A stretch of 64,000 bases of DNA from Lingula anatina (lineage: Eukaryota > Animalia > Brachiopoda), in NCBI GenBank assembly GCA_051362555.1, contig CM120641.1:4464001-4528000 (forward strand), read 5' to 3'. Shown in pieces: positions 27,441-40,075 of this stretch (position 1 is its first letter; each line of letters opens with the position of its first letter). Made by a program: the position numbers and the translations under genes. The notes beneath the pieces are model-generated. The model was not told the DNA's origin. It searched no databases and worked only from the letters and a program-made list of their open reading frames with translations.

Positions 27441-29043
27441 CACTGCATTCAGTAGCAATTTATTTACTATTTTAATGGCCTGTTCATTGTCCCAGAAACT
27501 TATAGCATCAGGTTATCATTTTTTTGGCGCTGCCAAAATTTTGACCCACCATTTTAGACCCCAAAAGCCTGTTTAGGGCACTTATCTCGGGCTGAAGTTG
27601 GGTTAGGTCATTCAGGAAAGCAGCGAAAACGGGGGCGGGGTTTGCAGTTTTATTACTGAGTGGCTCGTGCTTCACAACTATAAGGCGTAGTATAAATTTT
27701 CCAACTGAAAGTAACCAACAACTTTTGGGTCTCGTTTTACCTACCAGACAAAGTTAAGAAATTTCGCCTCACAATTGTGTCACCCCCCAAAAGATGTGCA
27801 GAAAACAGCGGCATATATGGTCATAATTGACCGTATGAAGGGGATATTCATCCCTACTGACCATTACTGTATAAACACGTACATGTATATGGTTAACGTA
27901 ATATTTTAACAAACTGTGTTCTCTGCGCTGGAGTCGTTGACATTATTTCACAATTTGTGCTGATGTCTGAAAGGATAAAAGAAACTAGATGTATACGTGT
28001 AGGTAGGCCTAGTGCAAGCGAAGACACGAAGAGGAATGCCATTGATAGTGTGTCTAATGAAGGCAACGAAAATTGCATGCACGTGAATTAATAGCGGTGT
28101 GGGCACGGCCACGCCCCTGGCTGGTTGGTATAGTTGGGTGATTTTTATGTGGAAAAGCAAAAGAAGTGTTTCCAAGCTGAATGCAGCCATATATATGCTA
28201 CTGCTTGTTGTGTCTGGCGGTGCCTTTGTGGCAATGATATCACTAGCATTGACTAAAATGAGTTAAATCGGGCAAATAAAGTGCCAAGTGATGTCAATGT
28301 TGACACTTAATTTCCGTCTGACTGCAAATCTACTAGGTTCAATATTGCGCTGTCTTCTGTGTATGCTTAGGGATGAAGGCTACGGTGATTCTTATGTCTG
28401 GCTCCTAAAGAACGCTGCGTCTCATTGAGCTTTTTGTGGAAATCATGCACAAGGCGATACGTGGCTATCCGACGGAATACTGGAGATACATGTGGTTTAG
28501 ATTGTTTTGTGTTGATGTGTTGAAGCTTGGTGTTATAAATGACCCGTTGTAACCTGTCTGAAGTCGGTCTTAATTGTCCGCGTGTCTTGTCACTTTGATC
28601 TACCCTTTCGGTGTCTAAGTGTACAATAAGTACGGTGTAGTATAAAAAAAATCAAAACATCCAGATGTACCACAGAAAGTCCTCCCAAGTTTCTTGCACC
28701 AGGCAGGTCAATTGGGTGCAACGAGCTTTATTTATTTCAAATACAAATGGGGATTTTTCAAAAATAATTACAGCCTAAATTTAGAGTTTTTATGTATGTT
28801 TCAAGGCTAAATGAGATGAGACACGTTTACTTTGGACAAAAGGTAAAAAGGGCAGAATTACCCTGGCTTCTTAAAAGCAATTGTTCGTACAATTTTAGCC
28901 ACAGAAGTAGCGAAGTGCATTATAATGCGGTTAAAAACGCGCAAAATAATGTCACAACTTTGTTTTATTATTTCCCAGCAAAGGTTTTCAAAAACGTAAA
29001 GAGGGTTACTTTTTACAATCAATTTTGTCTTTCTGTTTGCAGT
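27441..29043. mobile_element. Possible degenerate non-autonomous DNA transposon with CACTG-type ends
   Basis: CACTGCATTCAG at the left end and CTGTTTGCAGT at the right end form a short imperfect inverted repeat around CpG-richer, non-coding sequence. Weak support. Confidence 0.2.
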
Positions 29044-31045
29044 AGTTTTGTATCAAATGAAATAACAAAACAGATCTCATGGCCACACCATAAATATATA
29101 AACTCCACCTCCAACATATTAGAACCCCCCAAAAATTAGATCTGTATGCATCTGCGTAATTAGGTTAATATCTTTGGTGAAAGGGGTAGCATATTTATTT
29201 CTTTGATCTTTTTTAAATAGGCGAGGAGGTGCATCAGGTCATTACGGTCCGTGACATACGCTTCATCTTACACCTGCCTGCGTTCTTATATATCAGAATC
29301 GAGTCACACTCAGCGTCCAAACTTTCATTATTCTTTACCACAGCAAAGTCGTGTCCATAAATGAAAATGGGATAAATTCAAAGAATATAGAGCTTTAGTC
29401 GAAATTGAATATTAAATTGTGGATATCAAGTCAAAACTGATCGATGCAGTGAATGCGATATCAGTGACGATTAAGGAAAATATACCGTCTAATATTTGGT
29501 GTAAACCTATAACGTGCAATTAAGCGCTATCGCGCTCGCATTGGCAGTCGTTCAGGGTCACGAGAGAGGGGAACTTGAACAAGGACGGAGGAAACAGATC
29601 GCTGGCAGGTCTATAGCCACATTTGTTGACAAAGTATCACAGATCCACGAAAACAGAAATATCGTTACACCGTGATCTGTCAACAACACAGGATCACGAG
29701 GTTAAGCGAAGGAACCTAATACCCGTAAGAGGTCTCCAAAGTTTGAGTACAACGTCGATCACAATCATTTGGCACAATCTTTATGCTCTCCAAGTGGACA
29801 AATATCTTAATGTCTCCTTAAGTAGCTGGGCTCGCTGTTGCACCACGAATAATAAAGAAGAAGCGAATTAGTAGGTGTTTGAACTTTTGAACATGCCTTT
29901 TTACTGACTGCACAGTTCTGATATAGGAGGAATAAGAGAGCAGAGGGCTGTACCGAACGTGTCTGCTTCCGGAATTTAGACCCAAAACTCTTTTCGCTAA
30001 AACCGAATAAACCCGGCCCGACTTCATAACTTCAAATTCTTCCAGTTCTCTTTTGAGGTGTAAACGGATTCCTTTTGCCGCTGAGCACATAGCGTCATCC
30101 ATCATCTCTGTTGACAAAGACCCAGGTGGACACTTTTGGATTATGTCACCAAAGTCTTCAGTTCCTAATTTTTCTAGTCTTGTTCACACCAATTTTGACT
30201 TAGTCAAGTTTTTATTTTACACTCGACTGATAGACAAACTAATTAATTAGTCAGTTATTTAATTCGTACACCAAGTTCACCCTTTTCGCAGCTGTGTTAC
30301 AAAACTTTATCTTTCAGTTATTTTTTTAAGAGTGCAGCCCAAGAGTTGTCGAGGCAGGGATCCTGGTACTGAGAAGCACCCTCTGTCTAAAACGTTAGCT
30401 TCTTTTTCTGGAAAAAAAAACATATTAAGCAAACTGCTACCGACGTTACCTCTTTCAAAGTAGACTAAAGCTTTCACTGTTTAAGACCGACTTTCAACGT
30501 AAGTTCTGTTGTGAATCGATACCTTTTAATTTTTTACTCGGTCATATTCAAAGTAAAATCCATTATAGTGAAAACGGATGTGAGCGCAGCATTATTCACA
30601 AATGTCTGTACATTAAAAGGTCGTTGTTCCTTTACATACCAGTCCAAAACCATGACAATCTATTCAAGAGTAAGAAAATGTATATGAGTGGTATGACAAA
30701 AGCGAAATATGTTGTGATAAATACTAATTAAAAGTTCAAGTTGAGTCTATTTTTGGATTTGGGTCTTTTGAAATATCGTGATATCATGCACTTTTAAAGG
30801 TGACAAAGTGGTTTGTCACGGTGGTCATGATGTTGGAAAATAATAAATGCACACAGTTTCTACGTAAGTCAAACCTGTCAGTTAAGCATGTAATGAATAT
30901 TATTTAATGAAATATTCATAAATATATCAAATTGTTTTTCAGAATCGTCTACCAGGGTCACAGAGAATTTTTTTCACTAGATGTTTACAGATTTTCCTGT
31001 GGTGAATTCCTTTACTTTCGAGAAGGAAATTGTGCAAAAAAAAAA

Positions 31046-31082
31046 AATAAAATAAAATAAAATAAAATAAAATAAAATAAAA
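31046..31082. repeat. (AAAAT)n microsatellite
   Basis: Direct reading. Confidence 0.85.
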
Positions 31083-33633
31083 GACGTCATCACTCTCATC
31101 GCAGAGGATAGTTTTGTAGGGGGCTCAAATCAAGCATAATGATTTTTTTCAAGAGTATGAAAGAAGAACAACATTAACATTTATCTAAAATGTGTAATTG
31201 TCGAAATTTTATGAGCCAATGATTAATCCAAGAAAAAAGATACCTCAAACTTAGTCTGTAGAGGAGACTACACGAAGGACATGTCATTTGAGTAGGTTCA
31301 ACTGGGCTACTTCAACCAGACAACGAAATAGCACAGAGAACTTGAGCTTGCGAGGGAACCCAGTGCTTTCAAGTAGTGTAGCATTCCCGTGCGGCATTAT
31401 CTGTGACATGCACTTACACCATGTTTTATGTATATCTGGTACTAATAGGCGGAGGAACAAAGTAAGAGCACTGTCACATCATTCATTGAGCTCAAGTACA
31501 TGGTCAAATCGGGTCAAGCGGCTGCATATCTCATTCAATGGGAACCCACAATCAAATGGGACTTGGGTGTCTTTTACGATGGAGTTCCAACCGCACTTTT
31601 ATAGTACATGAAATGTCTGAATTAGATGAGCGCTTAGTTAGAGCTATGAGTGGGACTATCAGCCTTGTAAAGTGCAGTATCTATTTATGAATAGCAGAGC
31701 TTCCTCCTCTCGCTGTTTCAGCTTAGTGGGTAAATAGAAGAGATCAAGTAACACGGCTATGCTAGATAAATATGATTACTCAACGATAGCAAAATGAACT
31801 TTTGTCAAGAAACAGAGAATTAAGAACAGAACGCGAATATTGGAAAACGAGGACATACGTGTATAACAAATGCACATTCTGAAGTCTTTATATCAATTAA
31901 ACAAATTTATCTGCTCTTAGTAGAAGAAAACATCTCCGACTGTGGAAGGTGCTGAGGAGGGGGGGGGGGTCTCAATTACTCTGCCAGGAGAGACCACCAT
32001 GCGCCAAGCGCATTATTCTCAAGACCCCTTCACGTAAGCCTGATAAGAAGATACGATGACACTCAAAACGAAATCCTTCGAATAAATGCGCCGGCGTGCA
32101 CTTTCGGTGCCGCAATGGAACTCAGATAGGAAGCAGGGAAATAGAGTCGAAATTAGTTAATGGAGTCGAAATGGAATGGCCAGACATTTAATCTTCTGAT
32201 TCCGTCTCTCATTGTGGATTGATTTTAAAGTGGACCGCGTAGACTCCCAAACGGTTAGCATTACTGCTTGTAGACAATGGTGTTGTCATAGTGTGTGGTA
32301 ATGATGAGATGGCTATTTGCTGGAATGTCAACAGACGTCTGACAGAGCTTGACGATGACAACAGGCACGACGGGGTCTGGTCTGTGTCTTAGCACTCCCG
32401 TAGAACCATCAACCGACCATTAAATGTACTCTATTAATTCAGTTTTAATTTTAATTAATTAATTTTTATTTTATTCATTTATTTGATTTATATTTGCCGA
32501 ATCCACTGTTTTCTATCATTTCGAATAAAAAGAGATTAAAATTGACTGGGTATGAAAACTTTTGCCCAGCTTTGGCCCACATCCTAGATCTTCAAATTTA
32601 TAACCGCCTGTGCTTAGTTTAAATACTATCAGAATGAAGCTCATTGCTAATCTGCAATTTACAGTTTCTAGATTTTTCAACTACTGCCTACGTTTCATTT
32701 CCAAACATTTTCAGTGTGCAAACATTATAATTGGCGTCACATTGAAATGGACAGTCGCAATGCAGATGCTTTTAAAGGACCATGGTTTCATTGGTGCAAA
32801 GGTCCATTACACTGCATTGTTGACGTCGTTTCAACAATGTTAATTTCAGGTCAAATAGTATCGTCAGTCCGTCCATAGTGTTTTATGTGCGTGTCGAATC
32901 CACATGACGATGTATGTGAAACTGCATTTGTTGAGTAACGTATATTTAACATCGATGACTCTCCGCTTATCAATGTTGTCTATTGAAAACTTCCACTCCT
33001 ACGTGATAATAAACATGTCACCCTATCTCCACTCTTTGAAAATCTGACTTCTATTGATAATTGCTATATACGTTTATATTTCCAGAGTTGCTATATACAG
33101 TGAAAAAGAGCCACAATCAATATATAAGGCCCTAATGATGAAGATGACATTGTGTCCTGAGCACTCCTTATACACCTGAGTATAAGAGAAAGTCCATGTA
33201 CGTAAGAAAGTCCAAGTACGTAACATGTTTAAGATATGATTCTATTCATAACATGTCCCTTAACTGTACTATGATGTGATATGTGGTTCAAAGAATAAGA
33301 AAAAAAAAAACGTTTTTCGGTCATTTTCTCTTTTCACAACAACAAGCGTCCGAAGTTGCCGCCTTCTTAGACCTGCGTCGAAAATTGTTTTACTCTGAGG
33401 TGATATTTAAAACAAACATTGTTTACTCATCAATACCTTCAATAGGCAGGTATCTCGTTACGGGAACAGGGGGATCAGAGCCCCCTTCGCACTTGACTTC
33501 TCAACACATGGCCTATAGGCTCTCCAATCTGGACCCAATAAAAAGCTTACCAAGTTAATCAGATTGATCCGAAAGAACAAGTCACAGTCACAGAGTGCTT
33601 GGATAATCGTAGAGAAGTGTCATTACATTATTA

Positions 33634-34305
33634 TCACGAAATGACCATAGCTTCACCTTCTGAGTCCAAACCACTGCCTGGTGGTGACCTCATTTCGACA
33701 TCGGGAGGGGGGATGTGATTTGGCAGAGGGGAGACCGCGCCCCCTTCCGAACTCCCTGGGCTTAAACACTGGTCACTTAGAGAGTCAGATGAAGCATATC
33801 CTAAAGTATCTCTAAGAGCTTTGATATAATTCAGTGCCAGTCTCAGTGTGGTGATCTTTGTCACTTTAAGACCGTCGTCGCCCACGGGGTATGACGGTAT
33901 GACGGTGCGTAATGTCTCAAAAGCGTCGTTCATTTCTTTCATCCGATCACGCTCCCTGGCGTTAGCGGTGCGGCGGCGGTATTTGCTGAGCGGCGGCGGC
34001 TTTGACTTTGGTTTCGGTTCTTTCCGAGTGTTCCTCTTGCGTTCAGTGTTTATGCGATTTATTATCGATGAATATCTAAAATTGTACTCCGAAGTAGTTT
34101 TGCACTCTCTTCGTTTTCTTTTGGGTCTCTGACCCTCTTCTATCGATTGTGCACCAGAATCATCTTTAGAGCTCCCTTTACGTTTCTCACTGCCACTTCT
34201 CTCTGAGCCATCAGAAGTTTGACTTTCAGAATCGTTTCTAATCCTATCTGTCGTTTTCTCCTCGTTTGAATTAAACGAAAACTCACAAACTGCACTTATT
34301 TCCAT
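33634..34305 (-). CDS. dei: Intronless bHLH transcription factor, Delilah/taxi family (atonal superfamily), 223 aa
   Basis: PPLSKYRRRTANARERDRMKEMNDAFETLRTVIP...KVTKITTLRLALNYIKAL. The PLSKYRR(K/R)TANARER basic region and TKITTLRLA helix 2 are characteristic of Delilah. Confidence 0.85.
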   Translation of the reverse strand: MEISAVCEFSFNSNEEKTTDRIRNDSESQTSDGSERSGSEKRKGSSKDDSGAQSIEEGQRPKRKRRECKTTSEYNFRYSSIINRINTERKRNTRKEPKPKSKPPPLSKYRRRTANARERDRMKEMNDAFETLRTVIPSYPVGDDGLKVTKITTLRLALNYIKALRDTLGYASSDSLSDQCLSPGSSEGGAVSPLPNHIPPPDVEMRSPPGSGLDSEGEAMVIS

Positions 34306-37300
34306 ATTTCCACATTAAATGCAAAACAAAATGCGTAAAATAAAAGTACTCGCTTTTTGCTGCTTTGAAATAGCGTTCTAGCGATTCATAGCGCTCCAGC
34401 ATCAATCTTCATGAAGGCGTCAAGTCACTGGCTTTGTAACTGACTGGTAGCACTATGCAGCCAACTATGGTTGACAGGGGATGAAATACAGTCGCCGTCT
34501 CTGAATTACCTTTCACAGAGTTGCCGTGACAGTGGCTACTGTTGGTCATTCATCATGCCACTACACTGGCGCTTGACTATACCAAAACAATCACTAAAGA
34601 CCAGTAATCCTTGACCACTTGGTTTTCGGAGTTGCGAGAGTGATACTGTAGTATTTGAGTATGCTGTGCCTGAGTTGGCAGTCAAGTGGATCTTATGTAT
34701 TCAGCCCCTCTGATCTTCTTTCCGCGTGTTGCGTAGAAAAGTTTGAGTTTGTATTCAAGCTATGAATGGGTCTCGTTCTCAAGTACATCGTTCCTGTCTC
34801 AGTGGGCGGAGATTCACTCGTCAGGGCGAGGGGCACGGTGCCGTTAGGTTTAAAGAACAATGCAACAGTTTCATCCTATTTCAAACTTGTTATCTCGTGT
34901 TGATTTGTGAGGGCAATGCCGAATGGGAAGAAATTAGTGCTCCGAAATTGGCTTGGGTTCAAGGTCCGAAGGATAATTAGACAAATATGTTGACAAATAT
35001 GTAGTTAGAGTAAAGAATTTCACCAATTTAACCGCAAATAACATTAGCACTTACATTAATTTGAATAAATCAAGTAACTTGAAATTTTAATACATTTTTG
35101 TCTTGGAAAACGTGGAATGATAAAAAACTCGGCGCCTACATAGTAACAATAAATGCATAAAATGACGAACGTACATCTTTACGACAATTACTATCTTCTA
35201 ATGTGGTGAAATGAGCAGTTAGGTTACGGTTGACCTGGAGAGTATCAGGCTCAGTCCAGCAAATGCGAAATTTGATGTTCCCGTCATTTTTATACAAAAG
35301 ACTGAACATCAGTGCTGCTCTGTAGATCAATGTGATGGGATATAAGAAGAAGGGCGCGGTAACTAACTATGCACTGTGCTCAGAACTGAATCGAATGAAA
35401 GAAATAACGCGATAAAAACAAACAAACAAACAAACAAATTTCTAATATTTCTATATATCTTTTAAGAGAGAAATATATTGTAAAAGCAGAAAGAAGAAAA
35501 CGAATCAGTTATTCATGTATCCGAGGAAAAGTTACAGATATTTGTCTGTAGAGGAGACTATGTGTAACATGAATTCTTTGCTCCTCTCGACTACCTCTTA
35601 TTTTCGGGGTCTCAATCGCCGTTCACAATAAACCTTGGGTTCCTCAATAGTGAGGAACGGTATATAACCATGCTAAGTCGCCGACCATGCGGTTGCTTAT
35701 TTCTATCAGATATGCAGTTTGAAGATAGAAATAATGTTCTTTTGATTGACATACAAACGTACTACTTTTGATCCTCCTTTTTAAGCGAGAGCGTTTTTCT
35801 ATTTCATGCCCAAAAAGAACTGACTGTGCGGTAGACTAACTCCGAGGTACATTTCTTTTTTCAACTCCTGAATTATGCATCAAAGCAAGGAATTTTTGAA
35901 TTACTTCATCAAGTTTCAGTTTTTTTTGTCTCCAATATCCTTCCAGTGGTACCTGAATCCAGTCCTTAAATCATCTTGATATCAAGTTTAACCACTAAGC
36001 CCCTGCACTAAGCACAACCGTCAGTGAACCAGGGGAGGGATTTAGCTAGTTACATGGGACCTTTGCCCCAAGTTACGCACGGATCGCGTGTAACTGGAAT
36101 ATATGGTAAAAAAGGTAGCTGCTGTTGATAGCCTTAAATTATAGGGGATTTAAATAGACGTGTTGTCGGCACTAGAAAACCAGTGTTTAGCACAGTCCGC
36201 TGTGTCATTAAAACATTTCCACACCTGTGGAGTACGCGTAAGAGTTGATATAGAGAACAAACACGAAGGTGACGGGGTGTGATGTACTAGTGCATTTATG
36301 TTATTTTCGTAAAATATATGTATAATGAAATATGTATCACAGGAATAAAACGCCGACAGCCCCGCAGTCTGGACATTAGCGTGATAACAAGCAGAATTCA
36401 CATCGTTTTAAAAAACGTAAAAAAAAAAGAAGTAGGTCTATGATTAAAAACAAAAGAATACAATAGGATAGGATACAAATAAAAAGGCAATTTAAGCATG
36501 ATCGCAGAATAGGAAAAAATGTTTTTCAAATCGGACTCCTTCAATCAACAAGTAAGGCGGGAAGGTAAATTGCATTTTAAAGAATGGAGAGTTGTTCGAT
36601 GAAATCTATCACTTCACATATAAAAGACATAAACCACTGGAAACAGCAGGATGGAAAACAGGCTTTTGAAAAACTGCGCCCCATAAAATGTTGGAGCCAT
36701 TGTGTGCTACCGTGAATCTTAATAGCATCTAGTACATTAGAATTCTTAAGGCGACTATTTGAAGATAGGAGGAGCATCCTGTGAGTGTTAACCAGCAAAG
36801 GTTTTACGGTCGTGTATCTAGTTTTTGATTGATAATAGCGGGAATAATTCCGAACTTATCTGTGATAGTTCAGCCAGCGCTAAGAATGTTTTCTGTGTTT
36901 CTTTTATTATTCAACACCATTGTGCGTGAGAGATATACTATTACTTTCTAGAAGATTTATTGCAACAAATACAAAATAGAAATATATTCATATAATATTA
37001 TAACTGAGATAAAGAGTTAAAGGTCAACCATTGGTATGTTCAGGTGTATAATAATTTTTTACGTGTAGAGATATGGACCTTATAAAAATTACTCGAACAA
37101 AAAGTCGTCTCGGAAATATCGGTGAAGAGAAATCACAAATGAAGCAAATGTCGGGAAGTTGAAAGGGGCAGAACTGTTTGTCTTTGAAAGATAAAATCAG
37201 GGTATCTTCATGGTCAGAAAGATAGAGTTTCAGCAATTGACGCCGTCTACTCAGATGTATGATTGCAATTCGAAGACAGCGGAAATAAAATTTACTTCTT

Positions 37301-38374
37301 TCCGAAGAAGTAAAGAATTCCGCCGCATGGCAAAGCTTGCGGACCAAGTGTTGTGATGAAGACAGAAGGATTGGGTTCTTGTTCGCTAGGATAGATCATT
37401 ATTTTGGGTCCTAGTTGTGCGAGACTGACACTAAAAACAAAACCAGTGATAAGATGCTGCTACATATTCCCTGAAACCCGCGGGATATTTATATCTAATA
37501 TAGACGTTGTACCTGTTTTTATCAGCCCATCCCCGTAGCTAATATCATAGAAATGTGATTCCAATAGTGTCACTTAAAACCAGTGAATTGATGCACCTTC
37601 GTCATTCAACGCTAACAGATAAGTGGGGGAAGTCCTTGTTACTCTTGTATTCATGAGTCTATTACGATCCACACCAAATGTCATCCTATCCCATAATAGC
37701 CTGAGGTGTTCACATCCCTCAGAAACCTGACCACGAGATGTCATTAACATTGCGTAACGAAGACGCCCGTTTGCTTATATTTCAATTCGCTCTCTCTAGT
37801 GTCTTTATGCATAGATACACAGCGACAGTCGGATTACTCTAACCCCTGACGTATTCAAGAGATGGGAATGGGATAAAAAAATAAAGTTTCGCTCGACAGT
37901 GTAAAAAATCATTGAAGCTGATGGGGGAGGGGGGGGGAGGGGGGGGGGAGAGTGCATACAATTTTGTGCTCATTCCATGGACAATGCATTGTCAGGCGTC
38001 TTCTGCGTCTCGCATCAGCATCATTTCAGTACAACTAACGGAATTCCTGCAACATGAGCAGGGTGATGGTGCCACACATTCTGTCTCCTCGTCTCCTCTG
38101 AAATGTGATCATTTGGTGGACCCTTCTAAATGAAAATGACAGACCTTGTACCCACGGGAGGGCCGAATTCAGCATTTGTAGTTCTTTTTGCAAGATAATT
38201 CAATGACGATAAATACATTATTGGCAGCAAGTTTCCTTCGACAGATTTTTAGTCGGTATTTTCTTGCTGAAAATCTGTCTTTGACGGTCCAAGAAATAAA
38301 ATTAAATAATTTATTGCCTTTGATAAAATACTAATTGTATCTGGTAGTGGACTGACTATACTGCTTTTAATTAA

Positions 38375-38712
38375 AGGGATAATAACTCTTCGTATGAGAT
38401 CTATACTTCACAATAAAAACATTGTGAACAACTCATAGAAATATAATATATTCTGTTTTACCACAAAAACGGCAGTTATGGCTATTATTCTGATATCTGA
38501 TCTTGTCTTTAGACCACGTGACCTCCATTGATGGCTATACTCTGTTATTATCTCTTAAGAGATTATAACAAAAAGCAATCTTTTTAGAAAAAAAACCAGG
38601 GACTAACTTTGAATGTCAAAATGGATTCATTTAACCATTGGTAAGTATGGGAAAATTGTTGTTAACTCCAGGAAAATTAATTTTTTAGCCAAAACGAAGA
38701 GTTATGATCCCT
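38375..38712. mobile_element. Non-autonomous DNA transposon (MITE), Kolobok-like, copy 2
   Basis: TTAA|AGGGATAATAACTCTTCGT ... ACGAAGAGTTATGATCCCT; colinear with 9437-9778 and in the same orientation. Confidence 0.8.
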
Positions 38713-40075
38713 TTTCACAGCGAATACTGGCACATGTTTTAAAGTGATTTCATCTTTCTACAATGAAAACGGTTCCATGAACTGCCCTTTACATTGCGTG
38801 ACCTGACACAAGATCTTCGGCAGTAGGAAATGGTGGAGAAATTTCGAGTATCAAAAATAAGAAAGCCAGTAAGAAGCGTCTCTTTTGTATTTTAAACATA
38901 ACATTATATAGATATATAAGAAAGGATACGCTTCAAAACGCACGAGGAATCACGCGAAAACTACTTTAACACGTTTATGACCCACTGTTGGATGTTTCCA
39001 TAAATATGTTAGAAGTTTTCAAAGATTAAGATTTGTCACATTCTTGTTTTACACTTTGAGATCTTCAACGTCGGATCCTTGGGAAACACAAGGAAAATTC
39101 CCCGATAACTTGGCTTCTAATCTTACCCCATTTTTTTCATTATGTGTGCTGCTTACAGACATGTCCACCGAAGCGTCCATAAAATTTCTATCCACTCTGT
39201 TTGTAGTTTCAATTCTAGTCCCGACAATGATGTATTAAAACGACATTTTGTAGAGCATAAGAATAAATGGTTTTTCTTGCGTTTTGTTAAACCGAAAGCT
39301 CTATTGTGCTTATCATACTGTCCAATGTGGCGGACATCCATTTGTAATAAACCTCGTGTGCATAAAACAAAACAGTCAAATTAAGTGACCCAGGCCTATT
39401 TGGAGTAAATGATTCTCCGTGTTACCTTTAGGGCATCAGTTCTGTCACCACACCACTATCCATTTCCGACCACCCTGTATCCCTTAGGTTAGGATCCAAG
39501 CATTAAGTTAGGTTAGCATCATTCTCTTACAAGGACGCTGTTGGCTCTAATCGTTGCCTGTTCACACGAAAGTTGAAGTAAGGTAGGACACATAATTTAA
39601 ATTAAAAAAATTAAAAATAAAACTTTAAATTATGAATGCTTGTTACATGTTAGTATTCGTTTTATTTGGCAAGGTCACATCAATTTAACACACAAACACA
39701 GAATAACAAATTTATCACAGTTTCCTTGACTTAAAAGGATTTACGTGTATGCCTGATATTCAACTGCTTAACTATTCACAAGGCCACAGACGATACAACG
39801 ATACGTTGTGCGAGTAAGGTATACGATATTTTGAAATAAAAGTTACTTCAATACATTCATAATTTATACAAATAATTCACGTGTATATAAAAATAATCTT
39901 GTGGACTGAGAGATCAGATGGATCTCCGGCAGACCTGTACTGGTAAAATGTCATGTAATTGTCGCTCAATTTTCTCGTTTTTATCAACGGTAGTCCACCG
40001 TCATATTCAGTGTTTATTCCAATTATTATTTACTTTCTCTTCATTCGCCTGGCATCACGAACCACTGTTTTCCAT

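Noticed and set aside
31288-31611. 107-aa ORF and a nearly open antisense frame
   Set aside because: Non-ATG start, no splice support, no recognisable homology.
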